64,000 bases of DNA from a candidate division WOR-3 bacterium (GCA_965649205.1 CBFGJV010000001.1:1-64000), one strand, 5' to 3'; shown: positions 20,397-30,749, counted from the stretch's first letter. Program-made: numbers and translations. Notes: generated by a model from the letters alone, not told the origin.

Positions 20397-22136
20397 ATGA
20401 AAAACGTCCTAGTAGTGATGCTCCTAGTGCCGATAATGGTGCTGGCGAGCTCCAATCTAAAGCCCGTGACTGTGCTTGATGCCGGAGACCGGGCAGTATC
20501 CCTGCCTGTTGAAACAGGGGGAGGTGCAACTGAGCCTTCCACCATGACCGTTTTGGTGGGCACCATAGATACAATCGGTGGTACTACGTATGACTGGCAG
20601 ACTAACGGTCCGGCCTATCAGAATGTGTTACATTCGCCCGGGCAGGGCTTGCACACTTTGTTCATGTTCTCGGCGGATCAGGCGGGAAGTTTTCCGGACA
20701 GGAATATGCGCTATAACTTCTTCGACTACAGCTCAAATTCCTGGACGTGGAAGGACCCGGACTTTATGCAGTCCGGTGTGAGCGTTTACACCTCCCGGGT
20801 TGGTTTTGGTAATCTGGGTGCGGACGTGACCACTGGGGCGGCATATACTTCGGCTCACGGTGGCTCGCCCATTAAGGTGATCGCTGCCAGAGATATGGCT
20901 CCGGGTGTGGGTATTTTCGAGTATACCAATGGTCCCGACGGGTACCTGTGGGGTTGCATTCAAGCCGGCAGACCGGGTAAATTGCATGTGGCCATGGCTG
21001 ATGATGCGACAAGAGAAAAGGTGTTCTATTCGAGAGTGAATCCGTGGGCTACCTGGTCAACGCCTCAAGATATGGCTCCGCCTAAACCCGATCCGACTTT
21101 CCCTGATTATAACATCGCCGCTTCCAAAGTCAGCGAGAAGGTATGCGTTACTTGGGTGGACGTAAATTCAACGCCCAGCCCGGGCTTCTATCGGATTTCT
21201 ACGGATGGCGGCGTGACTTGGGGTGACCCTACGGAGCTTCCCGGACCAAACGCTTTTGGTGGCGATACCGCGGCTTCCTTTTACATAACTTCTTTGTTCC
21301 CCTATTATGATGCGAATGATAAGCTTCATATTGTAGCCGACGTGACTCCCGTTGTTGGTGGGGAACAGTATATAACGCCAGCACAGATATGGCACTGGTG
21401 TCCAGATAATACGCCTAACTGGTCTCGAATTGCCACAGCCAAGTTTGCTGATCTGCCAGCACCGGTGGGGAGCAATGCACTTCTGGCCTGCAGACCAAGC
21501 ATGGGGCAGGATTCTCTAGGTAACCTGTACGTGGCTTGGGAACAGTTTGATTCTGCGAACGTTGAACCTGGACCGCCTGACAGGCTCAGGGCCGATATAT
21601 TTGTAGCTGGTTCCAGCACCAACGGTCGAACTTGGGGCGCTCCAGTAAAGATCACGAATGCAGGCAACACCTCCTGTCGTTATCCCTCCATTGTAGACCA
21701 GGCCTATGCCGGCAAGTTGGCTGTTATCTATATGATTGACCAGAAGGCCGGTTCCTTTGTGCAGGGTGAGGGTACAGTGAGCAATAACCCGGTGGTATGC
21801 CATTGGCTGCCTACTAACGCGATACCGGGCGTAGCCGAGTCCCCACAAGCCAGAATGCCGGTGCGTACTGAGGTTACAGCTCGGCCCAACCCGTTTGAGC
21901 GGGGAACCCTAATTTCGTATGCTCTCCCTATAGCGGGAAATGTATCCGTTACAGTTTATGACGCAGCAGGCAGACCGATCAGGATGCTGGAGAACGGCTA
22001 TCGTCAGGCTGGACGTTATGCCGTGGCCTGGGATGGCCGTGCGGATAACGGTACACTGGTTCCCGCGGGTATATATTTCTACACACTGAGCACGGACCAG
22101 ACATCTTTGTCCGAGAAGCTCGTTGTAGTCCGTTAA
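20397..22136 (+). CDS. secreted beta-propeller-like (Asp-box) protein with FlgD-Ig/T9SS C-terminal domain
   Basis: Signal peptide after AGGAGG; Asp-boxes STDGGVTW and STNGRTW; CTD PNPF...VYDAAGR...WDGR...AGIYFY. Confidence 0.75.
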   Translation: MKNVLVVMLLVPIMVLASSNLKPVTVLDAGDRAVSLPVETGGGATEPSTMTVLVGTIDTIGGTTYDWQTNGPAYQNVLHSPGQGLHTLFMFSADQAGSFPDRNMRYNFFDYSSNSWTWKDPDFMQSGVSVYTSRVGFGNLGADVTTGAAYTSAHGGSPIKVIAARDMAPGVGIFEYTNGPDGYLWGCIQAGRPGKLHVAMADDATREKVFYSRVNPWATWSTPQDMAPPKPDPTFPDYNIAASKVSEKVCVTWVDVNSTPSPGFYRISTDGGVTWGDPTELPGPNAFGGDTAASFYITSLFPYYDANDKLHIVADVTPVVGGEQYITPAQIWHWCPDNTPNWSRIATAKFADLPAPVGSNALLACRPSMGQDSLGNLYVAWEQFDSANVEPGPPDRLRADIFVAGSSTNGRTWGAPVKITNAGNTSCRYPSIVDQAYAGKLAVIYMIDQKAGSFVQGEGTVSNNPVVCHWLPTNAIPGVAESPQARMPVRTEVTARPNPFERGTLISYALPIAGNVSVTVYDAAGRPIRMLENGYRQAGRYAVAWDGRADNGTLVPAGIYFYTLSTDQTSLSEKLVVVR

Positions 22137-22145
22137 CTTTTGAAG

Positions 22146-22175
22146 AGGCGGCGGGCCTTTACGGGCCCGCCGCCT
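22146..22175 (+). terminator. strong GC-rich hairpin (terminator or mRNA-stabilising stem inside the operon)
   Basis: AGGCGGCGGGCC-tttacg-GGCCCGCCGCCT perfect 12-bp stem; weak U-tract. Confidence 0.6.
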
Positions 22176-22281
22176 TACATGCGTGATGCCAATTTATCGC
22201 ATCCGCTCTCTGCATATACAAGCTGTAATTGTATCACTTCACAAAAATGCCAGGTAACATTTCGTTGAGGAGGAGGCTATA

Positions 22282-23364
22282 GTGCGACGATATATGTCTA
22301 GGTCCGGACTTTTTCTGCCCCTTTTCTTTTCCTTTGGCGGCCTGGTGGGTGCCTTTCTGTTTGTGTTCTCTGGGTGTGGTACCGAGCCGCCGCCGCCGTG
22401 GCCTTGGTGGACAACACAGGATTCAACCGCTGTAGAGACGGAATTGGCCGGCTGGAAAGATGTGTTGGATCCAACAGCGGGAATCGCCGGGTTGGTGGCT
22501 GATACTTGGCGGGGACAGATTCGGCTGGCAGACAGTACCTCTGAGAAGGGGGACACGCTATACAAATTTGCCCGTCTGCTTTCCGTAGAGATAGAGGTGG
22601 AGAGTGCTGGTCACGCTAACGTGATGCAGTTTGGTGTGACTGTGGATACGTTGCCGATGAAGGATACCTTCTGCGAAGTAACCTATCGGGACTCCTCGCT
22701 GCTGACCAGAGCTCGCTTTACCTATGATAGTCTCTGGGTGATAGGCTTTAGACCTGATACGCAGATTTCCGGTTCTCCACCGGAGACCACCATAATCTAC
22801 AGGCCGAGCTATACGGAGCGACGCGGATTCGCCATACCGCAGACAGCGGTGAAGACATTTGCTTGGACCGCCATGCGTAAGGTATTCCTGGTGCGGGATA
22901 CCCTGAAGGACACGCTGTTCTATACCCTGCGGAAACTGACGGGGGTGGCTGCTTATGTTCCGTCGGCGACTGACGCCCCGAACATTAACCGGGTAATTTT
23001 CTCCCGCCTTGGCGGAATAGATACTGTTTTCTATGCCCCGCGCCAGGACGGTAGGGGCCTTTACAATCTGAAGGAGCCAGCCTCCCTGTATACCGTAGCG
23101 GCCGGCGAACGGGTAACCGTAGCCGTGACTACTACAACGCCGGTGGATACCGCGGTCGATAAGAATCGGTTTTTCCTGATTGTCTCAGGGAGAGCAAAGG
23201 ATATAACGCTTAACGCACGCAGAGGGGAAGGTTCTTTTGCCTTCGCGGATACCGGTCTGCAGCATGTGTATGTCAGGGTTGTTCCTTTGTCGAATTTGCT
23301 CTATCCCACCGTCAAATACACAGGTACCTTCTGGGCGATACCCGTGCGTGTAGTCAACCAGTGA
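22282..23364 (+). CDS. putative lipoprotein, unknown function
   Basis: SD GAGGAGG, hydrophobic N-terminus ending in lipobox-like FSGC. Confidence 0.6.
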   Translation: MRRYMSRSGLFLPLFFSFGGLVGAFLFVFSGCGTEPPPPWPWWTTQDSTAVETELAGWKDVLDPTAGIAGLVADTWRGQIRLADSTSEKGDTLYKFARLLSVEIEVESAGHANVMQFGVTVDTLPMKDTFCEVTYRDSSLLTRARFTYDSLWVIGFRPDTQISGSPPETTIIYRPSYTERRGFAIPQTAVKTFAWTAMRKVFLVRDTLKDTLFYTLRKLTGVAAYVPSATDAPNINRVIFSRLGGIDTVFYAPRQDGRGLYNLKEPASLYTVAAGERVTVAVTTTTPVDTAVDKNRFFLIVSGRAKDITLNARRGEGSFAFADTGLQHVYVRVVPLSNLLYPTVKYTGTFWAIPVRVVNQ

Positions 23365-23374
23365 GGAGGCGACA

Positions 23375-26185
23375 ATGACTAGAAAGTTCAAAATCAGAGA
23401 TAGGAATTCAGAACTTTGGCCCGTGGTGTTGCTGTTCTTTGCGGTTTCGTCCGCTCTGGCGCAAACCGGGAGGATCCGGGGCAGGGTTACGGACGCTGAG
23501 ACTGGTGAACCATTGGTGGGGGCCAATGTTATTATTCAAGGGACTCTCTTGGGTTCGGCCACAGATGCAAATGGCGAGTACCTGATCAGCAACGTACCTG
23601 TGGGGAAACAGACGATAGAAGTTTCCTACATAGGGTATCAAACCTTGGTGCGCAAGGACGTGCTGGTAATACTCGACCAGACTATTACTGAGGACTTCAA
23701 GTTGAAGCCCGGGGCGGCATTGCGTGTAGAGGAAGTGGTCGTAGCCGGCACGAGAGCGAAGATAGTGCGAACCGACCCGACTACAAGCCGGTATATGACA
23801 ACGGAAGAGTTTGACAAGATGCCGGTGCAGAGTTTGGCTGACATCGTCAGGCTTCAGGCGGGAATTGTTACCAGTCCGGCTTATGGTCAGCACTTGCGCG
23901 GCGGCCGACCGGATGAGGTGGCTTACTTTGTTGACGGTGTGGCTACCCGCGACCCTCTATATGGCTATCAGGCGGCACAGGTGAATCCAGAGGCAGCGGC
24001 TGAGGTGGTAGTAATTTCTGGCGGGTTTGACGCGGAGTATGGCGAGGCGATGTCAGGCGTGATACAGGTCATTACCAAGGAGGGTAAGCCGGTTACACAG
24101 GGCAGAGCTAAATATGTCACGGACGAAGTATTCCCCGGCCCCTTGAATTTTGGCGACAACCGCTATGAGGTATCAGTGGGTGGGCCATTTCCCGGTTTAC
24201 GCAAATTGCGCTATTTTGTTTCGGGAGAGCTGTACTTCACAGATGACTACGCGCCTTGCCGGCACAAGCTTCCTCATCAACGTCGGCAGGACTATAACGC
24301 CACGGCGAAGTTGACCTATTCCTTGCCTTTGAATCAGGGGCTCAAGTTCACGGCCAGTGGACTTCTCTCGCGAGTACAATACGAAATGTATCCCAGCGAC
24401 AGAGAAAGCGAGAATCATCTTGGGTTTAAGTACAACCTTGATCACTATCTTTCTCGTCGGGAGCGCGTAAGAACGCTTGACCTCTCGGCCAACCACATGC
24501 TTACGGAGAAGACCTTTTACACCGTGAGACTGGGTTATTTCTATAACCACCGTACGCAGGCGGTACGGGATCTGGAGCGGGAAGCCAAGGAGCGTAATTT
24601 TGCCGTACGCTTCTGGGAGGACTACATATTCAAGGCTGAGGATTCGGTGTTGGCTGACTCTGCGACTTTGTTCCGTCCCTTGCCCGGATATGAGGCCCAG
24701 ACGAATGCCAATTCCAACAATCCCTGGGGCGTTTTCGGCTTATTCTACGGCAAGGGTGATTACCGACTGTTCCTTACTCACTGGTCGGATGTTGTAAACT
24801 TTTCGGGTAATATCACTCACAACATCGGTAAAGTGCACGAACTGAAAACCGGTATTGAGATAAAACGGAGTAACCTGCACCGGCGCTACAATTCCTTACC
24901 TACGGACTGGAACCCATTTGTGGATTACTATGACTTTCAGCCTACTAATGTGGCGGCTTTTGTGCAGGACCGTATGGACTTCGAGGACCTGGTGGTACGC
25001 GCAGGACTCAGACTGGATTATTTGGACCCGAATGCCTACAAGCGGTTTGACCCGACCAACATAGGCAATGACTCTATGATCCCAGCCAGTGTCAAATACA
25101 AGTTGTCGCCACGTCTGGGAATTTCCTTCCCCATAACCGTGCGCACCAAGTTCCGTTTCAGTTACGGCCATTTCTACCAGACCCCAGCTTACCGCTACCT
25201 GTATGACAATATATCGTCAGCTGCCTACAGCAGGGGTAACCAGATAATCGGCAACCCTGACCTGAAAGCGCAGCAGACGATTGCTTACGAGTTGGGCCTG
25301 GAGCAGCAGCTATCGGATGTTACTCTGGTCGATTTTACTGCCTACTATAAGGACATATTTGACCTGATGGGCACGCGTTTCCAGCCCGCTGTTCCTCTGG
25401 GTTACTTCCCGCTGGTAAACGAAGAATACGGCAGCGTGCGCGGCTTTGAGGTAGGTTTTGTGAAGTCCCTTGCTGACTACTGGAATGGCAGGATTTCCTA
25501 TGGACTTTCCGCAGCGCGGGGCACGGCTTCGTATACATACGAGTGGTACTATGAGCGGTATCGGTATGGCGTAGACCCGGTGACAGGACAGGAAATGGAG
25601 CCGCCGCGTCGCGACTATGCGCTGGATTTTGATGAGACCCACAACGCCAAGTTGAGTCTGGGCTGCGATTTCCCCAAAGACTTTGCCTTTGCTCCGTTGC
25701 GGGAATTCACCGCCTCGGCTCTGGCTAACTTTGGGTCCGGTCTTCCTTATTCACCGCGCGAGGTGCGACGTCTGAATGCGGGACGGCTCACGGCGGAGCG
25801 TAACTCGGCCCGCATGCCGCCTAGGTTCACCACAGACCTGAATCTGGGTAAGCATGTAACCCTCGGAGGAATACGTATCGGCCTTACCTGTGTCGTTACG
25901 AATCTTTTCAATGCCCGTGTGGTGCAATGGGTATACGGCGCAACCGGACTACCCAATGACGACGGATACATCTGGACCTATTCTCCGGCTAATTGGGCCA
26001 ATACGCTAGATGCGACTCTGCTCTCTGGGACCTATCATCCGGCCCGAGACCGCAACCACGATGGCTACATTACGGACGAGGAAGAGTATGTGGCTTATCG
26101 TTGCGCTTATCTGGACTTTGTGGACAATCCGGTAAACTACGGGCCGCCAAGGCAGATAAAAGTTGGCATCAATATCGAGTTCTGA
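23375..26185 (+). CDS. TonB-dependent receptor with N-terminal carboxypeptidase-regulatory-like domain
   Basis: GRIRGRVTDAETGEPLVGANV, plug LRGGRPDE...GGFDAEYG.AMSGVI, GNPDLKAQ, NLFN, terminal aromatic (INIEF). Confidence 0.92.
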   Translation: MTRKFKIRDRNSELWPVVLLFFAVSSALAQTGRIRGRVTDAETGEPLVGANVIIQGTLLGSATDANGEYLISNVPVGKQTIEVSYIGYQTLVRKDVLVILDQTITEDFKLKPGAALRVEEVVVAGTRAKIVRTDPTTSRYMTTEEFDKMPVQSLADIVRLQAGIVTSPAYGQHLRGGRPDEVAYFVDGVATRDPLYGYQAAQVNPEAAAEVVVISGGFDAEYGEAMSGVIQVITKEGKPVTQGRAKYVTDEVFPGPLNFGDNRYEVSVGGPFPGLRKLRYFVSGELYFTDDYAPCRHKLPHQRRQDYNATAKLTYSLPLNQGLKFTASGLLSRVQYEMYPSDRESENHLGFKYNLDHYLSRRERVRTLDLSANHMLTEKTFYTVRLGYFYNHRTQAVRDLEREAKERNFAVRFWEDYIFKAEDSVLADSATLFRPLPGYEAQTNANSNNPWGVFGLFYGKGDYRLFLTHWSDVVNFSGNITHNIGKVHELKTGIEIKRSNLHRRYNSLPTDWNPFVDYYDFQPTNVAAFVQDRMDFEDLVVRAGLRLDYLDPNAYKRFDPTNIGNDSMIPASVKYKLSPRLGISFPITVRTKFRFSYGHFYQTPAYRYLYDNISSAAYSRGNQIIGNPDLKAQQTIAYELGLEQQLSDVTLVDFTAYYKDIFDLMGTRFQPAVPLGYFPLVNEEYGSVRGFEVGFVKSLADYWNGRISYGLSAARGTASYTYEWYYERYRYGVDPVTGQEMEPPRRDYALDFDETHNAKLSLGCDFPKDFAFAPLREFTASALANFGSGLPYSPREVRRLNAGRLTAERNSARMPPRFTTDLNLGKHVTLGGIRIGLTCVVTNLFNARVVQWVYGATGLPNDDGYIWTYSPANWANTLDATLLSGTYHPARDRNHDGYITDEEEYVAYRCAYLDFVDNPVNYGPPRQIKVGINIEF

Positions 26186-26198
26186 TAAGGAGGAGAGC

Positions 26199-29100
26199 AT
26201 GCGAATACAGAACAGACAGGAAATACGGTTGTTTTTCGGCAACCGCACACTGTTTGCTGCGCTGGTTTTGCTCGTAGCAGTTTCTTCCGGCTGGGCAAGG
26301 ACAGCAGGCAAAGCCTGGCGGCCACCGCGTATATTTGACTTCAGATGGTACCAGAAGAACCAGTGGCGTCTGCCCATAACCAACTACGCTACTTTTGGAT
26401 ATGGCATTGGTCGTTCGGGTGGTGAGTGGCCCGCAGGTTCTGGCGATATGTACATCTATGGCGCGGGCATCTGGATCGGCTGCATCAGACGCGGTCCGGG
26501 AGGAAAGGATACGCTGGTATCATGTGGTTATAACCCGAACTCGGGCAAGTCAGAGATGACTCCGGGCGCGTATGACAACGCTACAGGCGGTTATGCTGAC
26601 CGAGGATTTGAGCGAGTTTATGTTTACCCTGGAGACTGGCCGCCGAAGGAATCAGACTTCCCGCCTTCCATGTGGGGCGGTGTTGAAACTCCTCTGCGCA
26701 TTAAGGGTGACCCGACTTTCCGAGACACTTTCTATTATGTGCCTCGTAAAGCCACTTCTCTCGGCGATGCCTGGGCGGTGTTCAATGATCGGGACCCGGC
26801 CCAGCACGTAGCCGGTAAGACGCCCAGGCCTATCGGAGTAGAAGTATATCAGGAGACCTACTCCTGGACCTTGCCGTGGAACAAGGACATAGTGTTTTTC
26901 AAGCTCAATGTGCGCAATCGGACGCAGGATACATTGCGGGATGTGTATCTGGGTATGGCTTGTGATGCTGACGTAGGAAATGCGGCTGACGACTGGTGCG
27001 GTCTGGCGCTGTCCAAGTACATATACAGCCCAGACGGCAGAGATTCGGTCTTTGTGGACAACATGGGTTATGTGTGGAGCAATGATGGCGTACCTTCCGG
27101 CTTTGTGGGCTTTGACTTCCTCCAGAGTCCTTTCTGGAAAGATGCCAATGGCAAGATGCGTGAAGTAGCACCGGCTCCGGGTCAGGATTCTATTTACCCG
27201 AACGGTTACGACGACAACAACAACGGGCTCATAGACGAACCGGCGGAAGGCAGACAGTTGGGAATGACCGCGTACAAGATATTCACCTTGACTGACGCTG
27301 ACCCCAAAGACGATGTAGAACAATTCCTGGCTCTGGCTGGCTATGACTACTGGGACCCGCAGAGGCCATATAACCCCTACGATTCTTCTGACCAGGCTGC
27401 GGCTGATAAGCGTTTCCTGCAATCCACTGGACCGTTCAATCTGGCGCCGGATGAGATAGCCACAGTAACCATAGGTCTGATTGCCGCGGACCGGGCAAGA
27501 GGCGGACCGCCCGGAACAATGGTTTACAACTTGGCTTTGGCATCCCGTGCTGCGCAAGCCGCCTACGACAACAACTGGATTATGCCCGAACCCCCGCCCA
27601 GCCCGAATGTGACTACTATTCCGGGCGACGGGCGGGTTACGATTGTATGGGACAATCTACCAGAGAACGCCAAAGACCGTTTCTATCCGGTTGCGCCGGC
27701 CCTGAAGAATCCCTTCTATACGGAGAAAGACTTTCAGGGATACAAGATATACCGCAGCCGTACCGGTCAGCCCGGAGACTGGAAGCTGCTGGCGCAGTGT
27801 GACAAGATAGATGGCATCAAGTACGAAGATAAGAGCGCGCCGGAGTCGCTACGCACCAAAGCCACAGATGCCGGACTATTCTACAGTTATGTAGATTCTT
27901 CAAACTTGCGACTGGGGTTTCCTTACTACTACGCAGTAACAGCATTCGACGTCAATTACCTGGGAGACACGACAGGCGGCCAGAAACTGGATACGATGTC
28001 GCTGGAGTCGGGCATTACTGCGGTGAGGGCTGTGCCTCGTACTCAACCTTCGAACTATACAGCTCCCGGTGACAGCTGGTGGCAGGTGGCTGGCAATCCC
28101 AAACTTCGGTTAAAGATAAACCCTCTAGCGGTGAGTCCCCATGCAGTAAAAGACCAGACCTATCGTATACAATTCGGGCCTCCCAGATATGACCCTGTGG
28201 CACGAGAACCGGTGTACAGTTTTGTGGTGACAGACGAGGCCGGAGACACGGTGGCAGGCCCCACGAGCTTCGTTGCCGCCATCAGCCGCACCACCGATAC
28301 CTTCCGGCTGGTTCCCACAGTGTTTGACTCGGTAATTACACGCATAGCCCGGGTGCGCTCTCCTTCGGGTGACACGGTTATAGATACTACCAAAGCCTGG
28401 CTGCCGGTAGCGCAGATGGCATTCACTCTGCAGATGGACTCAGTACCGCTACAGTTCTTCCAGAAGATAAGTCTGGTAAAGAACGCAGCAGGATACCCGG
28501 CGGAATCGCTGGCTTTTCCCGTGCCTACGCAGAATCGGGCTCTCTGGGCTTACCGAGGGTCAACCTATCGGATTGCCTGGAAAACGCATCCATCTGGTCG
28601 TCTGACCTGCGAGGTTTACGACCTAGAAAACCAGCTGCCTGTACCTTACCGCTACTTCAGTCCGCGCGCAGCCACGCCGGACTCGGCAGACGGCTGGTGC
28701 TTCCGGGATATACGCGATGCGGCAGATACTTTCTCAGTAGGCAAGACCTGGTTTATGTATCTGTGCGGCAGCACGTTCCAGTTCAACCCAACAGGCGCAG
28801 CGGCGTTCTCGCCCGCTGACGGCGATACCTGGCTTGTGTACTCGCGGCCGCTGGCTCCGGCGCCTGTGTTCTCCGCCTTCAATGTGCGCTTCACCGCGGC
28901 CAGATTTGCTAGCAGCAGCGATACGGGCAAGCTTAACGTCAAAGTGGTGCCCAATCCATATCTGGTGCGCAACGAGTGGGAACGGCACAAGGACTTCCGC
29001 AAACTCAAATTCATAAACCTTCCTTCCAAATGCACCATACGCATCTACAACCTTGCGGGCGACCTGGTACGGACGCTTACGCACGACGAGACCAATCCTC

Positions 29101-29252
29101 GGGCTGGCGGTTTGCCCAACCAGTACGGCGGAGATGAAGACTGGGACCTGCTGAACGAGAACAGCCAGAAACCGGCGCCTGGGTTGTACCTGTTCCATGT
29201 GGATGCCGGGGAGCTGGGCACGCAGGTAGGCAAGTTCGTCATCGTATACTAG
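26199..29252 (+). CDS. large secreted protein with Fn3-like and T9SS-like C-terminal domains
   Basis: Signal peptide; Fn3-like GDGRVTIVWD...FQGYKIYRS...YYYAVTAFD; C-terminal VVPNPY...CTIRIYNLAGDLV...GLYLFHV...GKFVIVY; start moved to ATG 26199 after AAGGAGG. Confidence 0.7.
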   Translation: MRIQNRQEIRLFFGNRTLFAALVLLVAVSSGWARTAGKAWRPPRIFDFRWYQKNQWRLPITNYATFGYGIGRSGGEWPAGSGDMYIYGAGIWIGCIRRGPGGKDTLVSCGYNPNSGKSEMTPGAYDNATGGYADRGFERVYVYPGDWPPKESDFPPSMWGGVETPLRIKGDPTFRDTFYYVPRKATSLGDAWAVFNDRDPAQHVAGKTPRPIGVEVYQETYSWTLPWNKDIVFFKLNVRNRTQDTLRDVYLGMACDADVGNAADDWCGLALSKYIYSPDGRDSVFVDNMGYVWSNDGVPSGFVGFDFLQSPFWKDANGKMREVAPAPGQDSIYPNGYDDNNNGLIDEPAEGRQLGMTAYKIFTLTDADPKDDVEQFLALAGYDYWDPQRPYNPYDSSDQAAADKRFLQSTGPFNLAPDEIATVTIGLIAADRARGGPPGTMVYNLALASRAAQAAYDNNWIMPEPPPSPNVTTIPGDGRVTIVWDNLPENAKDRFYPVAPALKNPFYTEKDFQGYKIYRSRTGQPGDWKLLAQCDKIDGIKYEDKSAPESLRTKATDAGLFYSYVDSSNLRLGFPYYYAVTAFDVNYLGDTTGGQKLDTMSLESGITAVRAVPRTQPSNYTAPGDSWWQVAGNPKLRLKINPLAVSPHAVKDQTYRIQFGPPRYDPVAREPVYSFVVTDEAGDTVAGPTSFVAAISRTTDTFRLVPTVFDSVITRIARVRSPSGDTVIDTTKAWLPVAQMAFTLQMDSVPLQFFQKISLVKNAAGYPAESLAFPVPTQNRALWAYRGSTYRIAWKTHPSGRLTCEVYDLENQLPVPYRYFSPRAATPDSADGWCFRDIRDAADTFSVGKTWFMYLCGSTFQFNPTGAAAFSPADGDTWLVYSRPLAPAPVFSAFNVRFTAARFASSSDTGKLNVKVVPNPYLVRNEWERHKDFRKLKFINLPSKCTIRIYNLAGDLVRTLTHDETNPRAGGLPNQYGGDEDWDLLNENSQKPAPGLYLFHVDAGELGTQVGKFVIVY

Positions 29253-29261
29253 GAGGCGGAC

Positions 29262-30311
29262 ATGAAAAGGTTCAGCAAAGCGACAAGAATAATCAGAATT
29301 GCGTTTCTGTGTGTTTTGGTGCTGGGAACATTCGCCAGTTCTCAGGCGGCGTTTGCCAAGATAGGCATGGCCGGACTCACCTTCCTGAAGATAGGAGTGG
29401 GGCGCAGCACAGGAATGGGAGATGCCTTCGTCGCTGTGGCGGATGACGCCACAGCTGCGTATTGGAATCCGGCCGGGCTGGCCCTAGTTTCGGGCAGGCA
29501 AGCGCTGGTAAACCACATAGATTGGATAGCGGACGTCAGCCACGAATACGTGGCAGTCGTACTACCCGCAGGGCAGGGAAATCTGGGCATAAATGTCACC
29601 GCGCTATCAATGGGCAAGATGGAAGAGACCACCCTGGAGCGCTATCAGGGCACTGGTACTTTCTTCACGGGCACAGACCTGGCCCTGGGCGTGTCTTATG
29701 CCCGGATGGTAACGGAGAAACTGTGCTTTGGACTGACTGCCAAAGTTCTATCTGAAAGAATCTGGGACGTTGGTGCAACCGGCGCAGCATTCGACCTGGG
29801 AGTACACTACAATACCGGCTGGCGGAACTTGCGCCTGGCGATGGCTATTGCCAACTTCGGGCCAGACCTCTCCTTCCACGGCAGCCAGTTGAACTTCATG
29901 CACGACCCCGACTGGGAATGGCCTTGGACGCGGGAACCCATACCCGGCACCTATCTTACCGAGAACTTCTCTCTCCCCGTGATATTCCGCTTCGGCGTGG
30001 CATATGACTTCATCAACGACGAAAACTCACGACTCACCGGCGCCGCGGACCTCAATCACTACAACGACGTAAACGAGAAAGTCAACCTCGGGCTGGAATA
30101 TGTTTACCGCATTCTCTCTCTCCGGGGTGGTTACATAGTGAACACCGATGCCAGCTATGCCTCAGACTTGGGCATTCGGGCCGGTCTTTCGGCAGGGATG
30201 GGTCTGAAACTAAAGCCGGCGGAGAATCTGGGGTTAACTCTGGACTACAGCTATCGTGACCTGGCGCGACTTGGGGGTTCGCACAGATTCACGCTGCTGG
30301 TTGATTTCTAA
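29262..30311 (+). CDS. PorV/UPF0164-like outer-membrane beta-barrel
   Basis: FLKIGVGRSTGMGDAFVAVADDATAAYWNPAGL signature; terminal HRFTLLVDF. Confidence 0.82.
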   Translation: MKRFSKATRIIRIAFLCVLVLGTFASSQAAFAKIGMAGLTFLKIGVGRSTGMGDAFVAVADDATAAYWNPAGLALVSGRQALVNHIDWIADVSHEYVAVVLPAGQGNLGINVTALSMGKMEETTLERYQGTGTFFTGTDLALGVSYARMVTEKLCFGLTAKVLSERIWDVGATGAAFDLGVHYNTGWRNLRLAMAIANFGPDLSFHGSQLNFMHDPDWEWPWTREPIPGTYLTENFSLPVIFRFGVAYDFINDENSRLTGAADLNHYNDVNEKVNLGLEYVYRILSLRGGYIVNTDASYASDLGIRAGLSAGMGLKLKPAENLGLTLDYSYRDLARLGGSHRFTLLVDF

Positions 30312-30330
30312 ACCAATCCGAACGCTTTAT

Positions 30331-30367
30331 GACCAGCTCGGGATTCCCCGGGCCGGTCTCGTTTTAT
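30331..30367 (+). terminator. probable rho-independent terminator between the PorV-like gene and the CRISPR array
   Basis: GACCAGCTCGGG-attc-CCCGGGCCGGTC imperfect stem then TCGTTTTAT. Confidence 0.55.
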
Positions 30368-30380
30368 ATGGCAACCGCAC

Positions 30381-30557
30381 TTGTCGGTAGGTGAGATTCG
30401 GAATGTCAACTGCTACTGTCAAGCGTAAGAACAAAACTTCCCGACTACGTGGTGTCGGTAGGTGAGATTCGGAATGTCAACTGCTACTTGGCACGACTCG
30501 GCAAAGCATTGCAGGCAGTGGGTGTCGGTAGGTGAGATTCGGAATGTCAACTGCTAC
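30381..30557 (-). CRISPR. CRISPR array, 3 x 36-bp repeats, 2 spacers (35 and 34 bp)
   Basis: Repeat (minus sense) GTAGCAGTTGACATTCCGAATCTCACCTACCGACAC at 30381-30416 (terminal base mutated), 30452-30487 and 30522-30557; spacers 30417-30451 and 30488-30521. Confidence 0.95.
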
Positions 30558-30749
30558 AGCGCGTGACCGAGGTTGTTGTTCCATGCGAACTTGGAATGCA
30601 TTTTGCGAGAATCTGCAGGAGGTGCGCCGCAAACTTTCAGTTTTGCAGGTATGCCTACTGACTAACTTCAGTTAGTAGCAAATCTTATTCTTCTGCGAGC
30701 ATCCCTTGACCCCCGTTGCACCACCTGCATGCTCGCACTCCAGATTGTC

